64,000 nt of DNA from positions 14,208 to 78,207 of the forward strand of contig JAUCBJ010000764.1 of assembly GCA_032718475.1 (NCBI GenBank), written 5' to 3'. Every line of letters begins with the position of its first letter. The stretch's first letter is position 1. Origin of the DNA: Nemertoderma westbladi (taxonomy: Eukaryota > Animalia > Xenacoelomorpha). The translations under genes and the position numbers were made by a program. Below are positions 1-14,400 of the stretch, one piece after another. Below the pieces are notes generated by a model. The model was not told the origin of the DNA. It did not search any database and saw only the letters and a list, made by a program, of their open reading frames with translations.

Positions 1-304
1 ACTTGTTTATTGGCATGCATGATAAATTGCCTGATTTCCAAAAATATTAACAATTCCAATTAACGATTAAAGGTACAATCATTTCTGGAGTAAATAACAC
101 TAAATCCTCTATTCTTATTGCTATAACGTTTTTGACTCCTCTTTTTAGGCAATGCACCAACAACCCCACCTGAGCAATGGCATGAAAAGTAGTACAATTG
201 AGGAGGCACCATTGATAAACTTCCTACTGACCCTGTGACTTGTTTGACATTCTGATCCATACCTACTACTTACCATTGTCGACCAATGTAGTGATCTGAG
301 TCAA

Positions 305-1475
305 GTGGCATGAAAAAAATCTACCCCTGCCTATTAATTGCAATTGCACTGTAATGCGCCTTCTCTGACTGCATGTTATTCCAAAATATAATCAATGGAG
401 TCGAATTGTAATTAATTTATTATTGCACTTTCGCAATTAATTATGCCTTTGTCATAATTATTGGTTGTAAAGGTGGGGTGGTTTAGTTGGTTAAGAGCCA
501 CCAGGCCTGCAAACTATTGGTTGTAGGTTCGAGCCCCACCAGGGTCCACTCAGCCTTTTTTTTTTTTTTTTTAATAATCCTTTAATAATAATAATAATTA
601 TGGAAAAATGTAGAACATACTGCAGAAATGCAAAAACTAAGTAAGTTGTAACCACCCCCCCCCCATTTGCCCATTGCCAATACCAATTACTTTTTAGGCA
701 ATCTGTTGGATTGGAAGCAAGCTTATTTAATCCATCAGATGCTAATGAGTTTCAAAATTTGTTGGTTTGAAATTATAGAAATTATAATTTGATCTCAAAT
801 AGTTTTGATAAATAGTTTTGATAGTTTTGATAAGTGTACTCAACTAAATAAATCTTGAAAAATGATTCATAATGTGATTTACCAATACAAGGTTAAGTTT
901 GTGTTTGTTGTTGCGAAAATAAGATATATTCTTTAAGTTTTAATTTAAATTTAGCAAGTATTGGGATTTTTCTAATTTCTGAGGGTAGTTCATTCCAATA
1001 TAGTGGAGGTTGATATGTTATAGAACTCTGGCCAAAATTTGTTTTGAAAAGTGGCAGATGATAGTTGTAACTAGTACGCGTGTTGTGAGTATGTATAGAT
1101 TTATTTAATACAAGGAGGTCTGAACCCTGAAGGCCAGCGCCATAGCAGAACCCAAGATGTATCTAGGGTTTGAGCAAACAGAGTGAATTGGAACAAAGAA
1201 ACGCAAACTGGAGGCGCCTGCATACTCCATTACCCATTAGAACTGCAACTCGTGGGAACACATCCCCTTGCAACTGGCTACCAAGGTCGCAGAAAGGTGC
1301 TGAAGGAATAGCCCTCTCTCATTGCTCAAAACCCCATCTGTGGGGCCAACCAGTGGCATGAAAAAAATCTACCCCTGCCTATTAATTGCAATTGCACTGT
1401 AATGCGCCTTCTCTGACTGCATATGTTATTCCAAAATATAATCAATGGAGTCGAATTGTAATTAATTTATTATTG
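305..1475 (+). repeat. About 120-bp direct repeat (305-425 and 1353-1475)
   Basis: GTGGCATGAAAAAAATCTACCCCTGCC...TTAATTTATTATTG present twice, nearly identical. Confidence 0.85.
474..555 (+). mobile_element. tRNA-derived SINE head (truncated)
   Basis: A-box-like TGGTTTAGTTGG and B-box-like GGTTCGAGCCC followed by CTCAGCC; related copy near 57029. Confidence 0.6.
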
Positions 1476-1960
1476 TTTCAAGGTTTGTGGGATATCTAAG
1501 TATCCCATCCTATACTTATACATAAAGAGCAGGCATTGGTATCTATATAAATTTGATAACGTTAGTTCTTTGGTAATGTTAAAAAGATCATAAGTGGGAT
1601 AATTGTATGGTTTTAGATGGATATAATGCATGACTCTCTTTTGTAGAAGAACTATGGGTTTCAGTACAGTTGCACATGATGGGTTTCCCCATATTTAAAG
1701 CGAAAAGATGAAATATGGTCGAACTAACGTATTATAGAGCATTAAGCGAATGTGAAACGGCATGAGGTTTTTGAGTTTGCCAATGATTCCGACGTTCTTT
1801 GCAATTTTTAGTTGTATCTGACTTATGTGTTTTTTCCATTTTAAATCGCTTGATAAAATGATACCTAAAAATTTTGTTTCGTTTACTTTTTTTATTTCTT
1901 TACCTCCCATCATAAGTGAAACATTTGTTTTGTGTGTGCTTGGACGACGCAATGAGAAAA
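556..1960 (-). mobile_element. Decayed 3' portion of a CR1/L2-group LINE, interrupted
   Basis: Poly-T at 556-572 is a poly(A) tail on the minus strand; RT C-terminal motifs KFLGIIL...LKWKKHI...LYNTLVRPY at 1695-1952. Confidence 0.65.
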
Positions 1961-2094
1961 TAGAAAATACTGTTTTATCTAATATTTGTCAAACTTGTTA
2001 ACGAACTTGACAAAAAAAGTGACTTACAACAAAACATAGTAGATTAATAGGCAAACTACCTAATCTCACAGAATTTAACACTTTCACAACAACA

Positions 2095-3703
2095 ATGATG
2101 TATACCATGAGCAAAGTGAGAAGTATGGCTTTGATTGCTGCTACTCTTACCATTATAATGGGACCGATTCTTTGGAGAGTTGGATATTTATCAATGCTAA
2201 ATGGACTTGGTGGTATGAACCACTATAGACTACGTAACCCGTTATACTACGAAAATGAAGCGAAACTTGAATATAAAAGATGTAATGAACGAGTAATGAA
2301 TATATTTTGGTTGAAGACACACAAAACAGGCACTTCCTCCACTGTCTCAATGTTTACCAAACACGCATATATGAATAAGTTGACGCCAGCAATGCCCAAC
2401 AAAGGAGTTAAACTCAACACCACTCCACGTGTCTGGACATACTGGTGGGAGAAAAACCTAAACGTTTACACCCAACATCCAAATGTATCTTTCCTCCATG
2501 TGAGATACAACAAAAAGATTAAAAGGATTATGCCATCTGGAACAAAGTATATATCTAACATTAGGGACCCAGGTACCCTAATGACATCTTACATAGAATA
2601 CCCTCACTTTAAGAAGGAGTGCGTGACATTTAAATTCGCTATTATATTAATGATAGTAATGTTAAGATTAACAAAATACAGGTTTGGTTAGGATAAAGGG
2701 GCCTAGAAGATGGCTGAATGAAAACACCACGGTGTAGTTAGTAAACGTTTTCGGCCTCCGGCTACTTCAGACTGTAATACTGTTTGCAGTATAAAAAATT
2801 ACTTTTTATATTTAATCTTAATTTACTATTTATATTTTTTACTATGTAATCAAACCAAAAATTTGAATAAACTAAAGAAAAATCTAATGTATAAAGTAAG
2901 TAAATTATTGTTTTCTTGCGAGGACAGTGTTATTAATATTTAAAAGCAAAAACAATACAGGCAATAACAACAGTTGTGATAAAGTTACTTTACATTAGAT
3001 AAAGTTACTTTTACTGTTATGCTAATTTGTGTGTCATTCACTCCAACACCATAATAATAGTTTTGTGATAACAGCCAATGGACCCAAGGAATCCTTAATC
3101 GATACCTATTTGAAACACCCCGAGGAAGTTTGGTTCAACAACCGACTCTTTGTGAACCCAATGCTACACGAGTTTGGATATATTCTAGATAATGAAAACA
3201 ACGTTTCTGAAATACAGAATATAATTCGCGAAATAGACAATGATTTTGATCATATAATCCTCTTGGAATATTATGAAGAGTCGCTAATTCTTTTGAAAGA
3301 TTTACTGTGTTGGGATGTTGGCGATATTGTTTATATTGCAAAGAATATCGGAGATGTAAGAAAAATGACAGTTGTACACAAATATGTAAACAACACAGTT
3401 AGAGAGAGAATTCGACAAAACAATTTAGGAGACTGGCTCCTCTATCAGCACTTCAATAAAACATTGTGTAATAAAATACATGAATATGGCGACGAAAGAA
3501 TGGCAAATGATGTTAAAGATTTAAGACTCGCAAACGAGGTTATACGTTCTAAATGCTTAAAATCAGCCAACAATAAATCGGACACAGAACAGAAAATATG
3601 TTTCTTCTTAAAGCAAACCGAATTAATTGAACAAATCGTTAATGGTATAGAATTGTATGAGGGAAATATTAAGAAAACTTGGAACAATTTTATTTATTTT
3701 TAA
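2095..3703 (+). CDS. Galactose-3-O-sulfotransferase family protein (GAL3ST-like), two coding exons (probably 2095-2618 and 3061-3703, about 388 aa)
   Basis: N-terminal type II TM segment (ALIAATLTIIMGPILW), 5'-PSB-like WLKTHKTGTSST, IRDP, FDHIILLEYYEESLILLKDLLCW and NLGDWLLYQHFNKT. The phase-2 intron GA|gtgcgt...aatag|T is inferred, so exact junctions are uncertain. Confidence 0.85.
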
Positions 3704-3883
3704 ATTATATCATTTATGTATGAAATCACAAGAAATTTAATTAGAATTTAGCCAATAATTATGTTACAAATGCTCACGGCGGCAGTGTGCCGCACATGGT
3801 GTTCAAAGGTAAAATATTTAAAAATTTAGAAAATTATTAAATGCGGCAGTGTGCCGCCTTTGGGGGTAGGATAAGTAGTAATA

Positions 3884-3985
3884 TAGTTTCTTATAGTTAT
3901 ACTGTATCTGTATAGTTTCTTATAGTTATACTGTATCTATATAGTTTCTTATAGTTATACTGTATCTATATAGTTATCTATAGTT
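3884..3985 (+). repeat. 29-bp tandem repeat, about 3.5 copies
   Basis: TATAGTTTCTTATAGTTATACTGTATCT(A/G). Confidence 0.8.
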
Positions 3986-4339
3986 AATCTTTGTATAAAA
4001 ATCTTGCGTTGTTCGCATACTAAAGCAGATAAATCACTTAATCATAATATGATAATCATAAAAATTCTTAAACCATAAAATACGAAAAAAACAAATGTAA
4101 CTGCTACACTTTAGGGAGAAACTAAATTAGATAAGGTGTGACTGTTGACACATGAATTCTTAAACATGATCCTGTACTGTTTGTGTAATAACCATCAATT
4201 CGGTGTTCAAGTGACTTCGTCAGTGTCCAAGTCTTACGCCGTAATTGTAAATATTTTTTGCTTAGCTTAATGTGTTTTGTGGGTATAATTAATTTTTGAT
4301 ATTGGGGGTAGCGATTTCTAGTTACCGAAATATAATCTA

Positions 4340-4675
4340 AATTCAGTGATAGTTTATTTGTAGCTAGCCAAATATAAATTTTATCTAGCTCTTCATTTAT
4401 TGATTTAAGGATTTTGTTTAAGTCTGTTCCAGATTGAAATACATTTGTGTCATCGGCAAAGATTTTAAACCGCACCAAATTTGAACTCTCGGCAATATCG
4501 TTTATGTATAACAAAAAAAGAACTGGCCCAAGAATTGATCCCTGTGGGACACCACATGTTGTAGGCATATAGTCAGAAAGGGTTGTTTCAAATTGAACAC
4601 GTTGTTGTCTGTTCGTGAGGTAATTTCTGAACCACTCAAGCGGCGTTCCGCGGACACCGTAATGTTCCAATTTCT
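4340..4675 (-). mobile_element. LINE reverse transcriptase core fragment
   Basis: YGVRG..LEWFRNYLTNRQQRV, GVPQGSILGPVLFLLYIND, FADDT, WLATNKLSLN. Confidence 0.9.
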
Positions 4676-7600
4676 TGTGGTTAGTGTCAAAATAGTGGTC
4701 AAAATTCTGCTGTACATCTGCTGTACTGCTGTACAGCTGTTAGGTATTAGCTGACAGCTCTACTACAACTGTGCATGACTGCTATGATTTAAACTCTAAA
4801 CTATTAAAAGGCGCTGGGCCTAGCATTGAATGTGGTGAATGTAAATTTAAACTTAACAGTTTACATCGTATATGCCTGAACAAGCATCACAACCATACAT
4901 ACACCAACGTAAATATTTCCCAGGCATTCAAGGGCACCAAATTGTTCAACCTGCCGCAGTAGCCAGTAGATAAATAAACCGCTGAAAGGACGGAAAATGG
5001 CAAAGGGAAGAAAATCATCAACTAATAACTCAGGTTTAAATTTAAATAAATCCCTATCACAACAAAAGGAACGTCTGGATGATTTCGAAGAGAACCTGGC
5101 GGGTTTGGAAGGTCGAATATCTGACATAGTCAACCGAGCAATTAGCGCTGGTGTTACTGATTCCGGTACGGGTCCCGATACCGTTAGGCCTACTAAGAAA
5201 AAAAGTGGAAATGGAAATTGTGACATTCAAACAGGTGGAACTGTTGTAGGGAGTTCAGATGGTTCGGAATCGCTCACTGAATCAATAAAATCGATTGTCG
5301 ACTTCGAATTAGAAACGACCCGTAACACTCTCTCTGATATCCGATCTGAGTTTCTCGAAATTCACCGGAGATCAAGTGACCAACTTGATGACTTGGAGCA
5401 GTATTCTAGGCGAAACTGCTTGCTCATCCACGGAGTAAAAATGAATCCATCCGAGATTAATGAAGATGACACTCTAATTGTTTCTCTGTCATTTCTGCGG
5501 GATAATCTGAAGCTCAAAATACATGAAGATGATGTTGATCGATGTCACCGTGTAACTAAACGACGGGTCTTTCAACATGGGAAACCAACAACATCTGATA
5601 GCTCAGCTAGAGACGACAGTTGACCTCCCTGCATAATAGTGAAGTTCGTCCGTTATCGATCACGTGCACTAGTGTTTAAGCAATTACACCTGCTTAAAGC
5701 CACGTCGTTTTATGTGACGGAAAGCCTCACAAGTACCCGTCTAAATCGGCTCAGAAAGGTTCGCGAAGTAGGTGTTGGTTGGTCGCGCGATGGTCAAATA
5801 TATGCGATCGGTGCCTCTGGAAAACCGATTCCGATTACTTCAAATTCAGACATGAGGTCGGTGAAAATCTTCACAGAGGATGAAAGGAAAGTCCGCAGGG
5901 AACAGCGGCGAAAGGATGCTAAAAGTGCTAAACCTTTCCTCGGATTTAAATAGGAAGTCATCGACTACTGATTAGGTTTAACATACATTTCTTCTAATTT
6001 TATCATTATACATATATTATATACATTGCATGCAAGCTAGGCCCAATAGCCATAACATCCATATTAGCTTATTTAGTCTTAGTTAGTTATAAACTGTAAT
6101 AAACTTTGTTTGTGTGAGATCTAAAATTGGATCGTAACGGGGTTGCGATTCAAGGTGTGGGGTAAATTACTGCTTTATATTTGCTAGTGTAGTTGTAGTT
6201 AGGTGGGTTTGCCAAAGACTAATTACTTTTTCATGACATCACCTTTATGCGGCACATGTTCCAAAATTATTCACACGAATGATAAGTGTACCCTTACTTG
6301 TACCATCTGTTTTGCAAAATACCATGTAAAATGTATATCAACAATCAAAAAAGATATTTCCTACCTCAAGTCTTTACCAAATTGGATATGTATCCATTGC
6401 ATAGAATCAAATATTCCATTCCAAAGTATTGTTGATAATATTGAATATATTCTCACTCACTATAAACGATTACAGACTTATTATAAACATTGAACAGCTA
6501 AGTTCAACTTTGATTAATTTTAACCAAATTCCAGATCCAGATCGACCATCCTTTGACTGTGAACTTGACCCAGATGGAAACTTCTTTTATGAAAAAAAGT
6601 GTAATTACTACTCAGATTTTCAACATTTTAACAATATGAAATTTTCCATGCTACACTGTAACATTCGTAGTTTAAACAAAAATTTAGTAAACCTAGAGCA
6701 ATTGCTACATTGTATTGACACACCTCCTGCCATCATTGGTGTCTCTGAAACATGGCAAACGTCACACAATCATGACCAATTCAACCTTAAAAATTATAAT
6801 TTTTCTTACAACTATAGAGAAAAACAAACTGGTGGTGGAAGTGGTATATTTGTGCATAGCTCAATAGATTTTACCAGGCGTGATGATTTATCGGTATTTA
6901 AATCCGGTTTATTTGAATCAACTTTCATTGAGTGGCAACGCGACTCAGATAAAAATGTTATTTTCGGATGTATCTACAGACCACCTGACTCTGATATTAA
7001 TGAATTTCTTGATACCCTTGCTCCTATACTAAACAAAATAAATAACGAAGCTAAGTTAAGCTACGTAATGGGCGATTTCAATATAAATCTACTTCATACT
7101 GAAATTGCACCACAACCGCTCAAATTTATAGAAACTGTATCGGCTAACTGCTTCACTCCTTTAATTAATAAACCTACTCGTATCACTGACACCACTGCAA
7201 CTGCTATTGATAATATTCTCACTAATGATTTTTCGACTATTCATTTATCAGGCATTATAGTTGCAGATATTTCAGATCACCTTCCAATCTTTACACAAGT
7301 TGACATCCCAGTGAATTGTAAACCACCTCCACCAAAATATTTCTTTAGAAGGGACACATCCGAAAAAAATATTAAGGAATTTTCGAAAACATTAAGTGAA
7401 AAAATGAAATCTGGCATATGGGACAATATTATGGAAAACACTGATCCTGAAACCGCTTATAACAAATTTATTTTAATTTACCAATCTCTTTTTGAAATCC
7501 ACTGTCCATTAAAGAAGTTTACAATGGTCAATCCCGATAAACCATGGATTACCAATGCTATTTTTAAGTGTATTAAATCAAAACAAGCTTTATTTTCAAA

Positions 7601-8110
7601 TTATATGAAACATAGAACCGAAACAAATAAAATAGGTTATACGAAATACAAAAATTTATTAACTTCTGCACTACGAAATGCAAAGAAGTTATACTTTGAA
7701 AAGTTATTTGAAAGGTATAAATACAACATAAACAAAACCTGGAATACTGTGAAATCTCTTATCAATAGGAAAAAATCAGAGAACTATCCCAAATCTTTTC
7801 TCATAAATAAACGCCTTGAAAAAGATGTAACAAATATAGCTAATGAATTTAATCGACATTATGCCTCTGTAGGCACAAATCTATCTGAAAAACTACCTAA
7901 CACCGAAATCCCAGTGTCACAATATCTGAAAAATTCACCAGCGAACTCGATGTTTTTCCACGCCATTTCCGAAAATGAATTGATAAAAACTGTCATGTCA
8001 ATGAACAATAAAAAGTCTTTAGGGCTTGATCTTGTGGATCCATCAGTTGCTAGAAAGGTGATCCATTTAATTTCTTCCCCCCTTATGAGCATTATTAATG
8101 TCATTATCCA
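4676..8110 (+). mobile_element. CR1/L2-group LINE 5' part: ORF1 (4997-5953, in-frame TGA at 5621) and ORF2 with PHD finger and APE endonuclease, truncated before RT
   Basis: ORF1 LEQYSRRNCLLIHGV, RCHRV, IIVKFVRY; PHD C-x2-C...H-x2-C...WIC-x2-C at 6203-6430; APE motifs CNIRSL, VSETW, GGG, IYRPP, MGDFNI, IDNI, SDHLPIF. Confidence 0.9.
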
Positions 8111-8326
8111 CAGGTATTATGCCAGACCAGCATTTTTTCATCCCCTGTGGTCAATAAAATGAGGACCAGTTCAATTGAATTACTAGGAGTAGCACTCAAT
8201 TCTACTTTCAGATAGCAGCTATCGAAAGAGGAGCCTTCAGGATGCCTACAGCTTCAGCTAACTGTTTACTTGCTTGCTTCATAATTAAATATTGCATTGT
8301 GTTTAATTGTTTATATTGTAACTAAC

Positions 8327-8446
8327 ATTGTGTTGCCTGTGCATCATATGATATTAGAGAAGTTAGATCTTCCCAGTCTCCAGTTCCTGTCGGGTTGTCT
8401 CTGTCAAACCATTGACTCATCAGTCCAGGACATTGGTAATTGGTAT
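8327..8446 (-). CDS. WxxW-repeat gene exon A13 (no partner B exon seen in window)
   Basis: tag|ATACC...ACACAAT|gttagt, 120 nt. Confidence 0.87.
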
Positions 8447-11400
8447 CTATAAAAATCAAAATCAAAAATACATAAAAATACAAATATACATCCTGGCAAC
8501 TATCATCTGACATCTTAACTGCATTTAATCATCTAAATTCTTCATTTAATTATTAATTAATAATACTATTTCAACAACACTCCAGACATACCGGGACAAC
8601 AGAAACGAATCTCATAATCCTGACACTGACGTCCACTACTCTGTTCAATGTTTTTACAAATAAGACCATCTGCTGAATACATTGAAAGATTATCTCCAGT
8701 AGACCAGGCATCAATATGAGTCTGAATGGTTCTAGCCTCAGATGATGTTGGTTCCAGGCAATTGTGTTGAGAAAACCCTGTACAATATATTAATAATATG
8801 TTATGAACATATATTAACTCATTCATAACCCACATATTGTAATTTATGAATAATTGATGAATTACATAAATTGTAACATGGATATCTATTATAATTGGAT
8901 CGGAAATTGTATGTAATTGTATGGTGGATCATTATTCTAGTTATTAGCATTAACATTTGGGAGAATTAACATGTATGTTCAGGTAGATAATAAAATTATA
9001 GTAAAATAGATAATTAGTAGTATTAAATATATTAAATTTATTAAATAGTTGTGAATATATTTCTCACATTGTTCAGCTTGGGCACTCGTGGACATTAGTG
9101 AATTGAGATCCTCCCAGTCACCAGTTCCTGAAGGATTGTCTCTGTCATACCATTGACTAATAGGTCCGTCGCAATCATCATGTTGGGTCTCTCCTATTAT
9201 TTATAGAAAAATAATATGGATGAAATAGAAAAGGAAATGAAATATGTAAAGGTCGGTGATGATGATATATGTTTATTATGCCAATTGACAACAGCACATA
9301 CCCAGTCATGTTTGACATATAAGATATTAATTTAAATAAATGATTGTTTAAAGTTCGATACTAAAGGAATTATTTAAATGTATATACATTTAAATTATAC
9401 CTTATTAATAAGTTATTATACCTATATAATAAACTGACTTAACTAAGAGTAATTATATTCATTCAAACTATCCAATCAATCTATTTTTCAATTAGAGTTC
9501 TTTATTCTCCATGATTCATCTGTATGGAAGGTTTGAACTTTGAAGACAATTATCTCTGAATGACATTTCCCGTCTCTCTTCCGCCATTTCTTAACCGTTT
9601 TTTGCAATTTTTGATTTATATGAAAGGTAATTTCTAAGTTTAGAAGCTTGGTAAGCTTCAAGAAATTTCGACCAGATTTCTTGTTTTCCTAATATTTCCC
9701 AATTTTTTTAATGAAAAATTAGAAAAAAACATGGCTTTTTCATTTTTTTTTAATTTTTAATTTTTGTTTACAAAATTGCCAATTATTAGAGAATGGTTGA
9801 AAAATATGACGAAAGTTAACATGCTGGTTCCAAAAAATGTGGTATTAAATAATAAAATTGGAAAATAACGGAGGGGGTTGCATCCTATATACTGGTGAAA
9901 TGCCAACTGACATGATATCCAGGGTACCTGTTACCCTGTATACGTGGCCCAAATTGTTAATACATACCGGGACAACAGAAACGAATCTCATAATCCTGAC
10001 ACTGACGTCCGCTACTCTGGGCGCTGTTCTTGCAAATAAGACCATCTGCTGAATACATTGATATACTATCTCCAGTAGCCCAGGCATCGATATGTGTTTG
10101 TATTGTTCGAGCTTCAGATAATATTGGTTCCAAACAATTGTGTTGAGAAAACCCTGTAGAAATAATATATTAAATGAAATGTAAAATATAAAACGTAAAT
10201 AATAGGTTTTCTCACGTTCAGTGTGACAGACAACATAATTCCACAACTCGTAGTCACCTCTTTGAACTTTTAGGACCCCATTTTAGAACCACTTTAGGCG
10301 CCCATGTGAAGAATACCAGGATTTCACTTTTCGGTCGACTTGTTATTGAAATGTTATATATGAAGATTTTTTATTTTTTTAAATTTATCTTTATTAAGTG
10401 TTATATAGCACTTATTTCTATCTTATAACCAGTACATATACTAATTCGTTTATTGTTTTGGTTAGATTCATCCCTTCTGTAACCTGTGTTTTTGGTGAAA
10501 ACCTGGTGTTCTTCACATGGGGGTAACTGCAAAGTGAAATATAACGGCAGAAAGTCTGGTATTCTTCACGTGGGCCACTTAGGGCACATGTATGTAATAC
10601 ATTGGACTATTGGGCTTATGTACCATACCATTTCTGGGGAATTGGTTCAATAGAATGGTTTGAAATTTTAATCGGAATTAATTTAGCCCTTATCTCAGAC
10701 GTAAAAAATCCAAAAGGTTATATTGATCACCAGAAATTTTAAAATGAAAAAATTTTATTTTTAAAAATTGAAAAAACACATATTTTGGCAGAATTTTGTG
10801 ATGTAACTTTTTGCAATTTCTAACCTACTTGTCTAACTGTGGTTCCATCTATAAAGGATTAGTAAATGATGAACATATACTGAAAATTTCATGAAATTTG
10901 GTCCAATAGTTCCTGAGAAACAGGTAGATGAGTAAAGAAAATGTAAAATATAATTCTGAGATAATTGCATTTAAATAAACTATCTAATTTAGCTTACCAC
11001 GTACTAAATATTAGATGTAGTTTGTAAATCGTCAGATTTACTTACTGTAAGAAAATATGTCTGTTTGTTTGTCACACGAAAGGCTCCGAAACTATCTGGT
11101 CAATTATGTTGTTTTTAATACCCTCCTGTAGTGTATGGTCTGAATGGGTGTATAAAGCAATTTTCAGAAAAATACAGTAATTAGTTTTTGCAAAAAAATT
11201 AAATAAACGAAAAGTGCCATAGACGCAATGGTAAAATAACACCAATAACAGCGTAGTGTTCAACGTAGTAACAACATAGTGTTCATGATGAAAAATGGCT
11301 GATGTAATGTATGTATAAATCGATGAGGTTGCCAAGAATATTGCACTTAGTACACCCACACTGTTTGCTTAGGCCCTACTTCCATAAACTCCACTCCCTT

Positions 11401-14400
11401 ATAACCTTGAAATTCTTCAAAGGGTAGCACTACTAGGATCGGCATGCTGCATTGCAGCTGCATTTTTAAGAATGCTGTGTCGGCTTATCGACAAAATAGA
11501 AAGGGTAGCACTAGTGTGTGTTAAATATTTTATACAGCTGATAGCCTTCTCAGTCAAGGTATGGGCGAATGTGAATTTATTACTAATTTCGGGTGAATGA
11601 ATTTTAGTAAAAATGTAGGCATTCAACTGTAGTACTAATAATTGGTGTAATTAGAATCATGAGAGGGAAACGTAGGTATTTTCGTTTCAGCTGATGGTAT
11701 CTGTCTCCTGTCTGTATGGTGTAGTAATGGTGATGGTGAAGATTTACATCCCGCGAGCTTGCACGCCAATAGTTCTAATGAAGATTAATTACCAAACAAT
11801 CTTTTAGGTTTATATACATACAGTAGCGTGCATATTTGTAAAATGCCTTATTAATCAAAAAATTATAAACTGGAAACCTATCTATCTATCTGTAATTGTT
11901 ATATTTTGAGGCACAGAAGATCTAGGATAAACCAACTGTTAAAACAAACAACGATAAATATAATGCCTTTGTGTTTATCTGTATACCTGTCGGTTCATTC
12001 GTCAATAACAGACAGACAGACAGCCGGATATAACATTCTTTTAGAATCCTTTAAGTCAAATTAAGTTTTAAAATCAAGTTTTGACTGACAGACAGACAGG
12101 CGAAAAGACAGACAGAGAGACAGGCCGACAGACAGATAGATATGCAGGCAGACAGACAGACAATCTAGAATACATGAAATATTAAAACTGACATTAGAAA
12201 TTACCTCACTAAGCAGGAAAAATACTAAAGCAAAAATTGTACAATGCGGGTGTATTTATTTTATATTATAATATAAACGATATATACATATTTATTTATA
12301 TTTATATTATCTAACATTGTTCAGCTTGTGCATTTGTTGACAGGAGTGAATTAAGATCCTCCCAGTCTCCAGTTCCTGACGGATTGTCTCTGTCATACCA
12401 CTGACTCATAGGTCCATTGCATTCATCGTGTTGTTGCTCTTCTATATTTTGTGCATAAAAAAATATAAATTTCAAAAAGTTAAAGTTTAACAGTTATCAA
12501 CAACTTGTAAAATATTCCGTATGCATTAATGAGAGTAAACGCATGCAAGAGAGTAAACGGTAAATAGAACACATATCAATAAATGAACCTACAACTTTAT
12601 TGCTAGAATACTACTGAGAAAACACCACTGGTAATGTAATTTAAGTAATGTAATCGTAAATAACAAACCAAAACACTATACTACTACACTATAGAAAACC
12701 AAAATTATGGACCATGTGCGCACTAACACAGGCCGATGGCCCCAGACATTGTGGGGTGTGAATTAGGGTTGTCATTATTTCAGGTTGGAAGAGGAAGGTG
12801 ACGTTTAACGATATAATTTAATAAATGGGAAAAAAGAATAAGAAACAAAAAACAACTTATGCTAAATTGTATTCAAGAACGTACCATATAAAAAATACAA
12901 ATTTCAACATATAGTACATCGCACCAGTTGGGTACAGAAAATAAAACTAATAGAATATAATGAATAATGTTTATGGAATTTTATTTTATGAGACATTCTA
13001 AATGCACCGACTCAAATAGTTGTGCAAAAGGACCCGCAAAAGGACCCGCAAAAGGACCCAAAAAAGGACCCAAAAAGGGACCCAAAAAGGGACCCAAAAA
13101 GGAACCCAAAAAAGGACGTGGAAAACGACAAGCTAAAACGCTACTTAATTTAATTAACACCTATCATTGAATAATGACTGAATTTGATCTCCAAAACATT
13201 AATGCAATCTGATGTTGTATTTCTGATGTTTGTCCGTCTGTTGGTAGGTCGGTTTGTCGCTCTGTTTGTCAGTTGTTAGTCCGTTATTTAATAAGTCAGT
13301 CTGTCTGCTTTTTCTGTGGTTGGTCTGCTGGTCTGTCGATCGGACAAACAATTGGATATAAGTAGGAATACACTTGAAAAGAACAAGCACAAACATAATT
13401 CGTAAAATTTAGTGACTGTTACAAAATGTTCAAAGTTCAAAAGGAAATGTGTCAAAATTGTTACTGTAGCGACCAAAGCTACTGGAGAGTTTTAAGCAAT
13501 AATCAAAGCGGCCAAAGGAAGGGAAGCCAACCCAGATTGGCAACCCAAAACAACTGTGGTAGATTTAGTCAGCACTAAAACTATTACGCAAGTAAGGGGA
13601 ACAATTTCACTACTAAACCACATAGGGAGTATAGGTGCAGTATAGTGTAGGTAATAATGTATAACAAATGTATGTATATCTATGTAACTACAGAGAAAGT
13701 CAGATTTGTTAGTTGGACATTAATCAGCTGATGCAAACGCTGGGCCAATCAGAGCCACAGGATTGGAAAGGCCGGTAGTATGAATATTAGTTGTGAGTAT
13801 ATAATATGCTGTAACCTCATTATTAAGCAGTTGTATGAGCATTTAGATAGGAAGTAGCGAACTAATTTGTACCGATCAGTTAACAACCATTAAGAATCAA
13901 TTAGTACTGTTATTATCCACCATCAGTTTAATATTCAGTTGCGATTACTACTTTATTATTATCAATGATCAATATACATATTATATATAGTCTATAGAAA
14001 CATCAAACTCGTTATTCAACCATATGAACCATCCACACCTGGCTGGCTGCATAGTCGCGCAAGTTCACGTTTACGGTACGGTGTGTGTGCATTCACACAA
14101 CTCCGCTACTGTAACAGTACAAATTAGTTATAATCTATGGACAGTAGTGAAGACGAGAGCGGGCAAGTAAAGATTGAAACTCAAAGATCGGTAGGTACTA
14201 CTGACAGTGTAGGCCTACAATATCGGTAGAGAAGGAAGTGATGAGCGAGAGACAGTCGATCAGTGAGCGGGAAGAAGGGGACCAGATGGCCAGTATTGGG
14301 CCTATGGAGGGACCCCTGCAGGACGAGATCACGGTAATTGGGCCGGGGTAGGACTGGGACCAACCACAGTGTGATGGAACGATGGGTGAGGGTGTTGGTA

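Noticed and set aside
474-545. tRNA gene
   Set aside because: Has A/B boxes but no convincing cloverleaf, and continues into a SINE body shared with the 57029 copy.
12967-13170. KGPK-repeat ORF
   Set aside because: Translation of a 12-bp tandem repeat with no gene context.
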